Notes: generated by a model not told the origin, from the letters alone. A stretch of 64,000 nt of DNA from an uncultured virus (IMG/VR IMGVR_UViG_3300035668_000001) (IMGVR_UViG_3300035668_000001), one strand, 5' to 3'; numbered from the stretch's first letter, positions 1 through 10,512 are shown. Translations and numbers: made by a program.

Positions 1-34
1 GGGCACAGCAGGAAAGCAGAGAGGGGGCTGCTGG

Positions 35-454
35 ATGACCCCGTACGTCAACCCCGAACCCTTCGACCACCGCGTCAAATGGCCTGACGACCTCGACGAG
101 GCCGGGCAGGCACTGCCCGGTGACAGCGCTGACGCGCGGGCCCGGTGCCGCCACGCCATGGACGTGTTCGCCGCCGCCATCCTCACCGACGGCCGGCGGC
201 TCGCATTGGCCGTGTTCGAGCGGCCGCCCGATCACCCCTACTTGCGGGTCGCCCATCCCGGCGGTGTCGCGAAAGGCGAGTACCAGGTGTACCCGTACCC
301 GGACGTCGTCCGCGTCGACTGGCGGCCGTACACGATGCCCCCCGTCGTCCTCGTGGAGGTGATGACGCCGTCCGCCGCGCTGTCCGTCGTCCTCGACCAC
401 GTGTGCGGCATGCAGCCGTATGTGCCCGGCCCTGCATCCGCGGGTGACCGGTAG
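35..454 (+). CDS. hypothetical protein
   Basis: ATG ORF of 139 aa with GC3-rich codons and a purine-rich upstream tract. Confidence 0.6.
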   Translation: MTPYVNPEPFDHRVKWPDDLDEAGQALPGDSADARARCRHAMDVFAAAILTDGRRLALAVFERPPDHPYLRVAHPGGVAKGEYQVYPYPDVVRVDWRPYTMPPVVLVEVMTPSAALSVVLDHVCGMQPYVPGPASAGDR

Positions 455-477
455 CCCCTTTGTCCCAGGAGCACACT

Positions 478-2064
478 GTGCGGGTATCACGCTACGTCGT
501 CTACGGCATCCCCGTCGTCGCCTTGTTCTTGTTCCGTTGGTTCGCGCCCTACTACTCGACCCAGATCATGTGGGAGGGCCGCAAGGCGCTGTTCTGGCTG
601 CTGCCACTCGCCGCGGTGGCGGCGTGCGCGTGTGTCGCCCTCGCCGGATTCGCGATGGGGGAGGGCGCCGGGGGCTCCGCCAAGACCAGTCTCAGAACCG
701 TCGGCGGCCTGTTCGCCGCCGCGACCGTCGCCGCGCTCGTGGGCGGCGTCTGGTGGGCAGGCTCGACCCACGGCTACCTACAGGCCCGCGACTACTACAC
801 GGCGACGACGGTGACGTCGGACCCGGTGCCCGTCATCGGTCAACGCGCCCCGTACACCGTCGCGCACAAGCAGGCGCAGGCGAACCTCGGCGACCAGTCG
901 GGGGACATCGACGAGTCCAACTACTTGCCCGCCACCGACACGTACACCACTCTCCTGAACCGCCGCGGGCCGTTGCAGGGCTACCAGACGTTGCTGTCCC
1001 AGACGTTGCCCCTCACCGGCCACGGCGTCGGCCGGACCTGCGGCTTCGACCGGGCGCACGCCAACCGGTCGCTGGCCGCGTTTTTCGGGCACAGCCTCGG
1101 CAGGGCCGTCAACACCGCGCGGCGTGACGTCAACTGGTCCGCGTCCGACGTCTACGCCTACTGCGACTCCGCAGGCGCCCCGGTCGTCGTCGTCCCCCTC
1201 AAGAAGCAGACGGGGTGGACGGTCGTCACCGAACGCCCCGCCGGGGTGGCCCTCTACAACGGCAAGACGGGCGCTCTGACGTTCAGAGACGACGGCGCGG
1301 GACTCCCCGGCCCCTCATATCCACTGTCCATCGCAGCGCGCCAGCGTGAGGCGCTGAACGCCCCCGGCGGGTACTGGGACTACCGGGCGAACCGCACCGG
1401 ACACGAGGCCGACTCCGAACCCGACTCGCCGAATGTCCAAGGCGGCAACTCGACCGAGTTCGTCGCCGCCGTCGGCGCGAGGGGGCATGGGGGATACCTG
1501 ACGATGGTGACCGGTCGCGGGTCCGCCACGTCGATCTCCGCCGTCGCGGTCGTCGACGCCAACCCGGCCGTGGGGCAGCTCCGGCACGGCCTGGCGCCCC
1601 TCACCCTGCACATGCAACGCCCGGCGTGGAAGTCACCCGGGGCGGTCGCCAAGCGGATCCGCGCCGACTACGGCGACATCCCCAACTGGCAGCAGTTGCA
1701 CATCTTCGAAGTCATCCCGATCGGCGGGAACCGGTGGGCCGCGACCATCGGCAACGACCAGAACGTGCTGTACCGGGTCCAAGGCGACGGCACACTTCCC
1801 GACGACCCCACCGCGACGTGCCTGCACGAAAAGGACGGGACGGCGATCCGGTGCGGCACCCGCGCGAACATCGGCGGCAACGGCGTAGGGGTCCAGTACG
1901 GGCCCGACGGGACCCCGCAGGCCGCTCTGGGACCGGCGACGGTCGTGGTCCGCGGCGACGACCTGACGACGCTGTCCCCGACCGAGCTCGCGACGCTGCA
2001 ACGGCAGATCACAGACGAGTACATCCGGCGGCTGACCAAGCCTGCCCCTTCCCCTTCCCGCTAG
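478..2064 (+). CDS. membrane-anchored hypothetical protein (N-terminal TM helices, large extracytoplasmic domain)
   Basis: Long ORF; AGGAG precedes GTG at 478; three hydrophobic segments at the N-terminus. Confidence 0.75.
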   Translation: MRVSRYVVYGIPVVALFLFRWFAPYYSTQIMWEGRKALFWLLPLAAVAACACVALAGFAMGEGAGGSAKTSLRTVGGLFAAATVAALVGGVWWAGSTHGYLQARDYYTATTVTSDPVPVIGQRAPYTVAHKQAQANLGDQSGDIDESNYLPATDTYTTLLNRRGPLQGYQTLLSQTLPLTGHGVGRTCGFDRAHANRSLAAFFGHSLGRAVNTARRDVNWSASDVYAYCDSAGAPVVVVPLKKQTGWTVVTERPAGVALYNGKTGALTFRDDGAGLPGPSYPLSIAARQREALNAPGGYWDYRANRTGHEADSEPDSPNVQGGNSTEFVAAVGARGHGGYLTMVTGRGSATSISAVAVVDANPAVGQLRHGLAPLTLHMQRPAWKSPGAVAKRIRADYGDIPNWQQLHIFEVIPIGGNRWAATIGNDQNVLYRVQGDGTLPDDPTATCLHEKDGTAIRCGTRANIGGNGVGVQYGPDGTPQAALGPATVVVRGDDLTTLSPTELATLQRQITDEYIRRLTKPAPSPSR

Positions 2065-2495
2065 GAGCTGATCGACCCGTGCAACGTCTCCTCGTACCCT
2101 TCACCGCCGCCGTCTGCTTCGCCGGTATCGCGACGATCCTGTACATCCTGCGGCCCGTCGGTAACCAGCCACTCATGTACATCCTCGTGTTCACGACCAT
2201 CATCACGTGTGTCGCCGTCAACGCCGCCGACCCGGGGGAGGAACCCCCGGGTCAGACGCCGCCGGGCGACCCTTTCGACCCGTCGAAGTGAACGACGACC
2301 CGCGCCAGCGCGCCCCCCGACGTGACACCCAGCCGCGGCCCGCGCGGCCGCGTGAGCACCGTCAGCCGCCCGCGGCGCCGGCGGAGGAACGGCGCCCCCG
2401 CGGACCCAAGTTCCAGCCGAAACCGGCGCCGTGATCGGCCACCCTGCCCCAGCTCGGGAGCGACCCCGGGCCAGACCCGAAGGACTGATGCACCC

Positions 2496-3449
2496 GTGAC
2501 CGTCACCGACCAGACCACCGCACCCCCCGACGCGGCCCTGCCGCACCTCCTCGTCATCACCGGCCCTTGCGAGGAACGGGACCCGGACACGGGGGAATGC
2601 GACACCACGCCGCCGCACGTCCACACGTACCGGTGGCACGTCGAATGCCCTGGCGTCACCGACATCTGCCGGACGTGGTGGGCGTGCACCGAATGCACCC
2701 CGGCGGACCTTGCCCGGTTCGCCGAGCAAGGGGACGACGAGGCCCACGGCGTCCAGCACCAGTTCATCAGCGGCTGCGGTTGGTCCGTCCCCGCCGCCGG
2801 ATGCTACGTCCAGTACGCGGCCGCGGAGTCCGACGCCGTGCCCGACCTCGACCTCGACCCGGGCACGTACCGGATCAGACACGACTACCTGGGTGAGCCC
2901 GGGGAGATGGAGGTCTACGTCGACGGCCGGGAGCCTGACCAGCTCGCCCTGCCCGTGAAGGTCCAGAGGGCCGACACCCAGCACCACGTCCAGATCCTCC
3001 CGGGCTGTCTGTACGCCGACCGGGTCACCGGCCGATGCCCGCCGACCGACGTCTCTGTGGTGCCGTGCGACACCGCCAACGTGACGGCCATCGACGACAC
3101 GGCGCCGCACGTCCACCGCTTCGACGTCAAGGTCGAATGCCCGGGTGTCACCGACGCCTGCCGGTCGTGGGAGGACTGTGACGAGTGCACCCCCGAAGAC
3201 GAAGAGGCGATGGACCGGACCGGCGACGGGTGGGCGCACGGCGTCGCCCACTTCCGCCGCGGCGACGAAGGCTGGTTCGTCCCGGGCGAGGACTGCGACT
3301 ACCGGCTGTGCGTCTACAGGCACGACGCGCGGGACATGTTCCAGGGCCACGCCCCGGGCACGTACCCGGTCAGCTACGTGTGCGACGACGCGAGTGAACG
3401 GATGGTGGTCCGTGTCGAGTCCGACGCAGGTGCGGAGGTGGGGGAGTGA
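2496..3449 (+). CDS. Cys/His-rich hypothetical protein with a duplicated metal-binding module
   Basis: PHVHxxxxxVECPGVTDxCRxWxxCxECTP...AHGVxH occurs twice; AAGGA upstream. Confidence 0.7.
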   Translation: MTVTDQTTAPPDAALPHLLVITGPCEERDPDTGECDTTPPHVHTYRWHVECPGVTDICRTWWACTECTPADLARFAEQGDDEAHGVQHQFISGCGWSVPAAGCYVQYAAAESDAVPDLDLDPGTYRIRHDYLGEPGEMEVYVDGREPDQLALPVKVQRADTQHHVQILPGCLYADRVTGRCPPTDVSVVPCDTANVTAIDDTAPHVHRFDVKVECPGVTDACRSWEDCDECTPEDEEAMDRTGDGWAHGVAHFRRGDEGWFVPGEDCDYRLCVYRHDARDMFQGHAPGTYPVSYVCDDASERMVVRVESDAGAEVGE

Positions 3450-3688
3450 CCGGTAAACCTAGGCAGGAGCCCGGCCCCGGCGAGTACTTGCGGATCACGG
3501 TCTCCATCGGACCGGCCTCCCGGCCGAGGCTTGCCCGGCTCATGGCCGTGCTGCACCTCACGCAGTCCGGGGCGATCTGCCGGGCACTCGCCGTCTGCGC
3601 CCTCATCGTCCAGCGTGACGGGGAAGGGTACGAGGTGGTGTTCCGGCACCGCGAGACGGGACAAGAGAGGGTTGTCGAGCTGCTGTGA
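3446..3688 (+). CDS. small hypothetical protein (possible ribbon-helix-helix type)
   Basis: GTGA overlap with the previous stop; 80 aa. Confidence 0.5.
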   Translation: MTGKPRQEPGPGEYLRITVSIGPASRPRLARLMAVLHLTQSGAICRALAVCALIVQRDGEGYEVVFRHRETGQERVVELL

Positions 3689-3770
3689 CGGCACACAAGG
3701 GTGGTCTCCTCCCCGGCGGCCGCCCGGTAGCGCACACTAGGCGGCGTACACCCCGGTCAAAGGAAAGGAC

Positions 3771-5480
3771 GTGATGGTGCGGACCCGGCCGGCGCCACCT
3801 GACACCGGTCTGGTGATCGCCGACGACTGCACCCTGCCCCTGGACACGGCCACCGACACGTTCGCGATCCTGGCGAAGCGGGGCCGCGGGAAGACGTACA
3901 CCGCGATGGTCCTCGCCGAGGAGCTTGTCGACGCCGGGGTGCCCGTGTGTGTCCTCGACCCGACCGGCGTGTGGTGGGGCCTGCGGTCCTCCGCGGACGG
4001 CACCGCGCCCGGCCTTCCGGTGGTCATCTTCGGCGGTGAGCACGCCGACGTGCCGTTGGACGAGACCGCCGGCGCGCTGATCGCCGAGGTCGTCATCGAG
4101 GGCCGGTTCCCCGCCGTCCTCGACCTGTCACTGCTGTCGAAGTCCGCGACCCGCCGGTTCGCCACCGAGTTCCTCGAGACGCTGTACCGGCGCAACCGGA
4201 ACGCGCTGCACGTCCTCATCGACGAGGCCGACATGTTCGCCCCACAGCGCGCGTACCAGGGTGTCGAGCGGCTCCTCGGCGCGATGGAGGACGTGGTGCG
4301 CCGCGGCCGGGCCCGTGGCCTCGGCGTCACCTTGATTTCGCAGCGGTCGGCCGCGCTCAACAAGACCGTCCTGTCGCAGCTCGACTCCCTGTTCGTCCTC
4401 GGCATGCGCGCCCCGAACGACATCGCCGCGATCGACGACTGGGTGAGCCAGCATGACGTCGAGGACGCCGCCCCCGCCGTGAAGGCGTCGCTGCCGTCCT
4501 TGCCTGTCGGCACCGGCTGGCTGTGGGCGCCAGAGCGGGACCTGATGCAGCGGGTGCGGGTGCGCCGCCGGCGGACGTTCGACTCTTCGGCGACACCGAA
4601 GGTGGGGGAGTCGCGGATCGAGCCGCAGAGGTGGGCGACCGTCGACGTCGCGGCCCTCGGGGAACGCGTCGCCGCGCTCACCGCCCGCGCCGAGGACGAC
4701 GACCCGAAGCGGCTCCGCGCCCGTATCCGCGAGTTGGAGAAGCAGGTCGCGAAAACCGCGGCGGCTACCCGCGGCCGGACGGTGGAAGTGGAGGTGCCGG
4801 TCCTGGCGGACGGCCAGGTCGCGGAACTCGCCCGCATGGTCGACGACTTGCGTACCGCGGCCGGTGCGATCACCGAGGCGGCCCGGGGGATCTCCGACGC
4901 CCTCAGCCGCACCCGGCCTTCCCCGCCCCGCCGCGAGACGGCCGCCACTCCCGCACCCGCCGCCCCGCTGCGCCTCGTGGACCCCCCGGCCCTTCCCGGC
5001 GGGGACGCGGCACTCGGCCGGGCGGAGCGGCGCATCCTCGCCGTCCTCGCGCAGCACGGCCGCCGCTCCACCGTGCAGGTCGCGATGCTCACCGGCTACA
5101 GCCACAAGTCGGGGGGCTTCCGCAACGCCCTGTCGTCGCTGCGCACCGCCGGGTACATCACCCGCGACGGCAACGGCGAGGTGGACGTGACCGGCGCCGG
5201 CTTCGCCGCCCTCGGCGGCGACTACGAGATGCTCCCGTCCGGCCCCGCGCTCCTCCACTGGTGGTACGGGCAGCTCGGGAAGGCCGAACGGCTCATCCTC
5301 GCGGAAGTCGTCGCCGCCTGGCCCGACCCGCTCAGCGTCGAGGACATCGCCCGACGCACCGGCTACTCGGCGACGTCGGGCGGGTTCCGCAACGCGATGT
5401 CCCGGCTGCGGACACTCCAACTCGCCCAAGGAACCCGGGAGCTCCGTGCCGCGGATGTCCTCGGGGACGCCCGGGCCTGA
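3771..5480 (+). CDS. HerA/FtsK-superfamily P-loop ATPase with two C-terminal winged-helix-like repeats
   Basis: Walker A AKRGRGKT, Walker B VLIDEAD, LISQR motif; repeats GYSHKSGGFRNALSSLR and GYSATSGGFRNAMSRLR; RBS AAGGA. Confidence 0.85.
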   Translation: MMVRTRPAPPDTGLVIADDCTLPLDTATDTFAILAKRGRGKTYTAMVLAEELVDAGVPVCVLDPTGVWWGLRSSADGTAPGLPVVIFGGEHADVPLDETAGALIAEVVIEGRFPAVLDLSLLSKSATRRFATEFLETLYRRNRNALHVLIDEADMFAPQRAYQGVERLLGAMEDVVRRGRARGLGVTLISQRSAALNKTVLSQLDSLFVLGMRAPNDIAAIDDWVSQHDVEDAAPAVKASLPSLPVGTGWLWAPERDLMQRVRVRRRRTFDSSATPKVGESRIEPQRWATVDVAALGERVAALTARAEDDDPKRLRARIRELEKQVAKTAAATRGRTVEVEVPVLADGQVAELARMVDDLRTAAGAITEAARGISDALSRTRPSPPRRETAATPAPAAPLRLVDPPALPGGDAALGRAERRILAVLAQHGRRSTVQVAMLTGYSHKSGGFRNALSSLRTAGYITRDGNGEVDVTGAGFAALGGDYEMLPSGPALLHWWYGQLGKAERLILAEVVAAWPDPLSVEDIARRTGYSATSGGFRNAMSRLRTLQLAQGTRELRAADVLGDARA

Positions 5481-5486
5481 CCGCCT

Positions 5487-6269
5487 CTACCCGGCCGCGG
5501 CGAGGCGCTCGAGCGCGGCCACGTCGGGCAGCAACGCGGGGGCGCCGCGGGGAACCAAAGTCATCACGTCGCCGCGGCGGGTGAAGACCAGGTCTTGGAA
5601 CGTGGCCCACGACATCCACGCCCGACCCGACAGCCCCCAGCCGGGCCCCCACGAGTTGGTGAACCACACCCGCTTCCGCTCCACGTCGAGCTCGTCGAAG
5701 CACGTCTCGTGCCCGCCGCGCACGTACGCGTCCGCCGCGATCTTCACCTCACCCGATGCGGCCGGGGTGTCGAACGACGAGAACCAGCTCTGCCCGACGA
5801 TGAACGGCCGCTGCATCAACGCGGCCAACGCCGAGGTGTAGTCGAGGACCGCCTGGTACCCGGAGATCCAGTTGTACTGCTGCGCGGCCTTCGACACCGC
5901 GAGCCCGGAGGATCCGGTGTCGTCCGGGGGCCACGAGCCGGCCCACACGTCGAGGGTGGTGGCGACGCTGTAGAAGGACCGGGCCAGGGACTCGTCGAAC
6001 GTCTGCGTCGTCGCGAACGTCGCCCGGAACGGGTCCGCCGACAAGGCGTGGACGAGCGCGTTGCCGGTGCACGAGCCGGTGGTGCCTTGATTGAGTGCCG
6101 CGATCAGCCGCTTGTGGCGGACCGACTTGAGGACGACCACGGTGGCGGATACGCGATACGCGTACGCCTTCGACAAGGGGTCGTGTTCGAGGTGCCGACC
6201 GAGGGGCTTGCCCTCGACCGCCACTTCCGGGATGCGGTTGAACTCGATGTTCCGGCGCATGGGCGACAT
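5487..6269 (-). CDS. papain-like (C1 family) cysteine peptidase
   Basis: NQGTTGSCTGNA (Gln, Cys), GGHE (His), FTNSWG (Asn); start at 6269 or 6260. Confidence 0.85.
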   Translation of the reverse strand: MSPMRRNIEFNRIPEVAVEGKPLGRHLEHDPLSKAYAYRVSATVVVLKSVRHKRLIAALNQGTTGSCTGNALVHALSADPFRATFATTQTFDESLARSFYSVATTLDVWAGSWPPDDTGSSGLAVSKAAQQYNWISGYQAVLDYTSALAALMQRPFIVGQSWFSSFDTPAASGEVKIAADAYVRGGHETCFDELDVERKRVWFTNSWGPGWGLSGRAWMSWATFQDLVFTRRGDVMTLVPRGAPALLPDVAALERLAAAG

Positions 6270-6330
6270 GCCCCGCACCGTGAACGACGGGGGGTAGTTG
6301 TGTCGCGACCCGGCGGGTAGCGAACGTGAG

Positions 6331-6373
6331 TCAACTGCGTGTATATTCGGGCGCGTGGAGGGAGCGACCCCCC
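6331..6373 (+). promoter_or_regulatory. putative phage promoter (-10 TATATT) plus GGGAGCGACCCC leader motif
   Basis: Variant of the motif recurring at 13087, 27705, 35649, 36512 and 54313. Confidence 0.55.
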
Positions 6374-6428
6374 GCGAGACTCGAGGAGCCCGACGTGGTT
6401 CTCTACGGCTTGAACAAGGTTGGGTGAC

Positions 6429-7112
6429 ATGACTGTCAAGGCATCGCCCAACCCCCAGTACACTCCGCCGGAACCGACGGGCGGAGTGCCCGTCCCTGAC
6501 GCTGCGGAGGTAGTACAGGTGGCGACGACGTCCTTGGCGAAGATCGCCGAACTCGAGGACCCCCGCGCGCGTGCGGAACAAGCCGCTGCCCTCGTGACGA
6601 CGTACAAGCCGCAGGTGAAGGAACTCCGTGGCCGGCGTGACGCCTACATCTACATGATGCTGCACCAGTGCGGAGAGCGTCGCGGCGACGGGGAAGCCGT
6701 CGTGAAGGCACTGTCCTGCCACCGCAACCTGTGGAACCAGATCCGGCTCCGCCGCGGCCCCGTCCTCGACGGCCGCATGACCCGCACCGAATCCGTTCCC
6801 GGCCGCACGTCGAAGACCAACCCGCGGGAGCGCACCAAGGTCGTCACACTGCCCGTCGTCCCGAACTTGGGGAAGGACCCGCAGCCGTATCTCGACGCGG
6901 CGGCGGAGGCGCACCGCGGATCCGAGGCGTTGCAGAAGAAGATCAACGAGGCGTTGGACGTCCGCGACTCTGCCGTCGACGAACTGCTCGACGACTCGTC
7001 CATGAACGGCGAAGAGATCGCCGCCCTGATCGGCGTCACCGCGCAGCGGATCTCCGACATCAAGAGGACCCGGGACGCGCGCCTCGCCGAGGAAGCGCTC
7101 GAAACCGGGTGA
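6429..7112 (+). CDS. putative DNA-binding protein with C-terminal helix-turn-helix
   Basis: MNGEEIAALIGVTAQRISDI fits an HTH pattern. Confidence 0.7.
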   Translation: MTVKASPNPQYTPPEPTGGVPVPDAAEVVQVATTSLAKIAELEDPRARAEQAAALVTTYKPQVKELRGRRDAYIYMMLHQCGERRGDGEAVVKALSCHRNLWNQIRLRRGPVLDGRMTRTESVPGRTSKTNPRERTKVVTLPVVPNLGKDPQPYLDAAAEAHRGSEALQKKINEALDVRDSAVDELLDDSSMNGEEIAALIGVTAQRISDIKRTRDARLAEEALETG

Positions 7113-7123
7113 ACACCACCGCT

Positions 7124-7174
7124 AGACGGCTTCGGCCCCCGACAGGAATCCCCTGCCGGGGGCCGAAGCCGTCT
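7124..7174 (+). terminator. long inverted repeat, probable terminator
   Basis: Perfect 18-bp arms AGACGGCTTCGGCCCCCG / CGGGGGCCGAAGCCGTCT just after a stop codon. Confidence 0.7.
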
Positions 7175-7250
7175 CCGACCTGAAAGACATCCCTCCGGGG
7201 CCGTGAGCAGCCGAGCGACCGGCAGCTCGCCCCATCGCAGGAGACATCTC

Positions 7251-7781
7251 GTGGACGACGACCTCTGTACCACCCGCGGGCACCGGCCCGTGTTGCTCCG
7301 CCGGACACCGTGGCGGACTCGCCGCTTCCTCCGTTGCGTCGTGTGCGACGAACGGGTGCCCGAACCCGACGACCTGCCGGCGTGGCCCACCGACCGGCGC
7401 GGCACCCGCGCAGTGCTGCGCCTGGTCGCCTTCGGCGCGGGCACCGCCTGCCTGGGGGGCTTCGCCAGTTACCTCCGCGACCCGGCCGAGCAGAGCGCCA
7501 TGTGGGTCGGCCTGGCCCTCCTGTACACGGCCGCTCTCGCCGCCGCCGCCCTCACTCTGCTGGGACCGTCGAAGACGCCCGCCCGCCCGCCCCCCGCCCA
7601 CCGGAGGCGCACCGTGGACGACCAGTACAACGTCGTCGAGATCCACCCCATCGGCCCCCCCGTGTACGTCACCGGGCCGTATTCCAAAGAGGAAGCCGAG
7701 TGCCGCGTCGCGGAGTACAACACCCGGCCCAAGTGGGGATTCGAGTACGGCATCGCACCGGCCGAACAGGAAGCGGACTGA
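7251..7781 (+). CDS. hypothetical membrane protein
   Basis: AGGAG RBS; two hydrophobic segments. Confidence 0.55.
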   Translation: MDDDLCTTRGHRPVLLRRTPWRTRRFLRCVVCDERVPEPDDLPAWPTDRRGTRAVLRLVAFGAGTACLGGFASYLRDPAEQSAMWVGLALLYTAALAAAALTLLGPSKTPARPPPAHRRRTVDDQYNVVEIHPIGPPVYVTGPYSKEEAECRVAEYNTRPKWGFEYGIAPAEQEAD

Positions 7782-7983
7782 CAATGGTTATCACTTGCCC
7801 CCGCGCCAAGACCGACATGACCCCGTGCGTGGCCCGCGACGGGAAGGCGGCGTGCACCGGCGACGGGAAGTGCGTCGGCTGCGCCCACCATCCCGCCGAC
7901 CTCCTGACCGACCTCGTCGCCCGCTACGTCGAGGTCACCACCCTGATGAGGTCCGGGGCGAAGTCCGGGCGGAAAGGAGTCGG

Positions 7984-8337
7984 ATGACCGCCTGGTTCGG
8001 GTCGTCCTGGGGGGCGCCCGTCAACGAAGGCCCCCGCGTCCCCGTCCCGGTCGGCATGTCGTGCTCGTGGTGCGCCGAGGCGATCGAGACCGGTGACTCC
8101 GGCGTCGTCATGCCCCACGTCGAGGAGCCGAAGCCGGGCGTGTTCGTCACCCGCATCCGGCCGCTGCACTGCAACTGCCACCTGCGGTCCGTCATCGGCC
8201 CCTTGGTGCACGTCGAAGAACAGTGCGGCTGCTACACCAGCCACTTCACCGACAACGACCCGCCGGGCATGACCCGCCGGCAGGCCGCGGACGCCGCCGT
8301 AGACGCTTTCTACGCCAAGTACGGGCACGCCTTGTGA
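7984..8337 (+). CDS. Cys/His-containing hypothetical protein
   Basis: AAGGAG RBS, ATGA overlap, CSWC...HCNC. Confidence 0.65.
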   Translation: MTAWFGSSWGAPVNEGPRVPVPVGMSCSWCAEAIETGDSGVVMPHVEEPKPGVFVTRIRPLHCNCHLRSVIGPLVHVEEQCGCYTSHFTDNDPPGMTRRQAADAAVDAFYAKYGHAL

Positions 8338-8353
8338 CCGCCGGGAGGCCGTG

Positions 8354-8527
8354 ATGTGGTGGTGGAAAGAACCGATCCTCGTGATGAACCCCGAGGAGTA
8401 CCGGGAGTACGTGCGCCGCAGGCGTCTCATCTACACCTGGGCCGCGGCGGTCGTCGCCGTCGTCCTACTCCTCTGCTGCTGCGGTGTCCCACTCCTGTCC
8501 GTCCTCTTCCAGCCGGTGGCGCCGTGA
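8354..8527 (+). CDS. small membrane protein (not in ORF track)
   Basis: GGAGG RBS; MWWWKEPILVMNPEEYREYVRRRRLIYTWAAAVVAVVLLLCCC... Confidence 0.55.
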   Translation: MWWWKEPILVMNPEEYREYVRRRRLIYTWAAAVVAVVLLLCCCGVPLLSVLFQPVAP

Positions 8528-9183
8528 CCGACGCCGCACCCGACCCGACCGCCGCGACGCAGACCGCCGCGACGCTGGTCGCCGCCCGCGCCCGCAAGGG
8601 CCTCTGCGTCTGCTGCGGTGTCGACCCCGCGAGGTGGGGCGCCCCGGCCGTAGGTATCGGCGAAGGGGTCCTCCTGTGCGCCGACTGTGTCGACCGCTGC
8701 CACGACGACGCGGACCACGTCGCCTGGCTACTCGAAGCCGCGATATCCGGGGGGGCGCCGTGATGCTCGGCTGCCTCCTCCACGGTGCCGGCGGGGGCGA
8801 AGACGACCCCGCAAGCCATCCAGAGAATCCGCCCGACCTAGGCGGCGCCCCCTACCGATGGTGCGGCTTCTGCGGGGCGAAACAGTACTTGCCCAAGAAG
8901 ATCCCGGCGCTGCGGTTCCCCGAGGTCGACCGGTGCCCGCGGTGCCGCGAGCGCGACTGGCGCGACGAGATCGACGAGATCACCGCGCCGGACTACCGCG
9001 AGGACAGGGAGGGCCGATGATCGGCACCCACGTCATCGGTTTCACCGCTGCCACCGTCGCCGCGCTCGCCGCCCTGGTCGTCATCGCCATCGGACGGCAC
9101 CCCTGGACCGGCAGCATCCTCCTCGCGTTCTCGGTGGTCGCCCTCCTCGCGCACGGCACGTCCCTCCTCGCCGGCAGCCCGAC

Positions 9184-9447
9184 GTGACCCTGGAACGCTG
9201 CGAGACGTCGTGGGCGGCCGCGCACGGCCAGTGCGCCGTGTGGCTCAACGCCGACACCCTCTGCGACCAGCCCCGCGGCCACTACCCGCAGACGAACCAC
9301 CGCGGCCACGACCCGTCCGGGCTCACCGCCCGGTGGGTCGACTACATCGAGCAGGACGGGCACGCCGTCGAGGTCGACCGCGGCGGCGGCTGGCCCAAGG
9401 AGGGCGACCCTGAGATGACGACCCCCGGACCGAAAGGCACGCCATGA
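9184..9447 (+). CDS. hypothetical protein
   Basis: Coupled ORF in a chain of small genes. Confidence 0.55.
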   Translation: MTLERCETSWAAAHGQCAVWLNADTLCDQPRGHYPQTNHRGHDPSGLTARWVDYIEQDGHAVEVDRGGGWPKEGDPEMTTPGPKGTP

Positions 9448-9887
9448 CCGACACGGTGACCGCCGCGATGGTCGCGTTTGTGACCTCCCGCCTCGACGAC
9501 CGCGAGGCTGCGGCCCGCGCCTTCGCCGACGACGGGTGGGTCGTAGCCATCTACGGCACACCCGGCGCCGACGAAGGCGACCCCTCCGTGGCTGTGCGCC
9601 TCATCGGCGGACCCAAGCCGTACGCCCGTATCTTCCGGGGGGCCGCCCACCTTGTCGACTGGGGCCACGCCGTCCACAACTCCGCGATCACGCTCTGGTC
9701 CCTCCAACAGGAACTACGCGAGATCAAGGCCCAGCGGTTCATCATCCGGTCCCTCGACTACGCCGAGCCGGGGAGCGACCACTGGGTGGCCGTCATGGCG
9801 CAGATCGGCCACCTGGCCGAGGCCCACGACGACCACCTCGAATACCACCCGGAGTGGTCGACGACCCCGGGCGGTGAGCCCCGGTGA
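9444..9887 (+). CDS. DUF6221-like actinobacterial phage protein
   Basis: FVTSRLDDREAAA ... LREIKAQRFII ... LAEAHDDHLEYHPEW. Confidence 0.65.
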   Translation: MTDTVTAAMVAFVTSRLDDREAAARAFADDGWVVAIYGTPGADEGDPSVAVRLIGGPKPYARIFRGAAHLVDWGHAVHNSAITLWSLQQELREIKAQRFIIRSLDYAEPGSDHWVAVMAQIGHLAEAHDDHLEYHPEWSTTPGGEPR

Positions 9888-10050
9888 TCCGTCGTTGCAT
9901 CGCCAACGCCCTCCGCCGCGCCGCCGCGCGCCTTGACGGGGAGGTCCCCGCCGTCACCACGATGCCGGGCGGCGGCTACGAGATCAGCCTCCACGGCCTC
10001 CCGCTCGCGCGGGTCAGCCCCGGGCAGATCCAGACCACCCGGGACACCAC

Positions 10051-10512
10051 ATGAAGGCACTGACGGTCCAGCAGCCCTACGCCTGGGCCATCGCCTTCGG
10101 GGGGAAGCCGGTCGAGAACCGCCGCCAGCGGTGGAAGTACCGAGGCCCCCTCGCGATCCACGCCGGCGCCCGCTGGGCCTCCTACGCCGCCGACGACATG
10201 CGGATCGTCCTGGCCGTCGCCAACGACCCCGACCCCCGGCACCTGTACACCTTCGGCGCGATCCTGGCTGTCGTCGACCTGGTCGACGTCCACGCCGACG
10301 CCGCCTGCTGCGACCCGTGGGGCGAACACGCCGCGGCCACCCCCGGCGACGGATCGCACACCGTCGTCCACCTCGTCCTGCGGGACGTGCGCCCACTGCC
10401 CGAACCCGTTCCCGCCAGCGGGCGCCTCGGGCTGTGGGACCTGCCCGGCGACGTCGAGGAATCGGTACGGCGACAACTCACCCCCGACCGGATAGGACGG
10501 ACAGCGCCATGA
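10051..10512 (+). CDS. ASCH domain protein
   Basis: MKALTVQQPYAWAIAFGGKPVENR...YRGPLAIHAG...GRLGLW. Confidence 0.9.
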   Translation: MKALTVQQPYAWAIAFGGKPVENRRQRWKYRGPLAIHAGARWASYAADDMRIVLAVANDPDPRHLYTFGAILAVVDLVDVHADAACCDPWGEHAAATPGDGSHTVVHLVLRDVRPLPEPVPASGRLGLWDLPGDVEESVRRQLTPDRIGRTAP

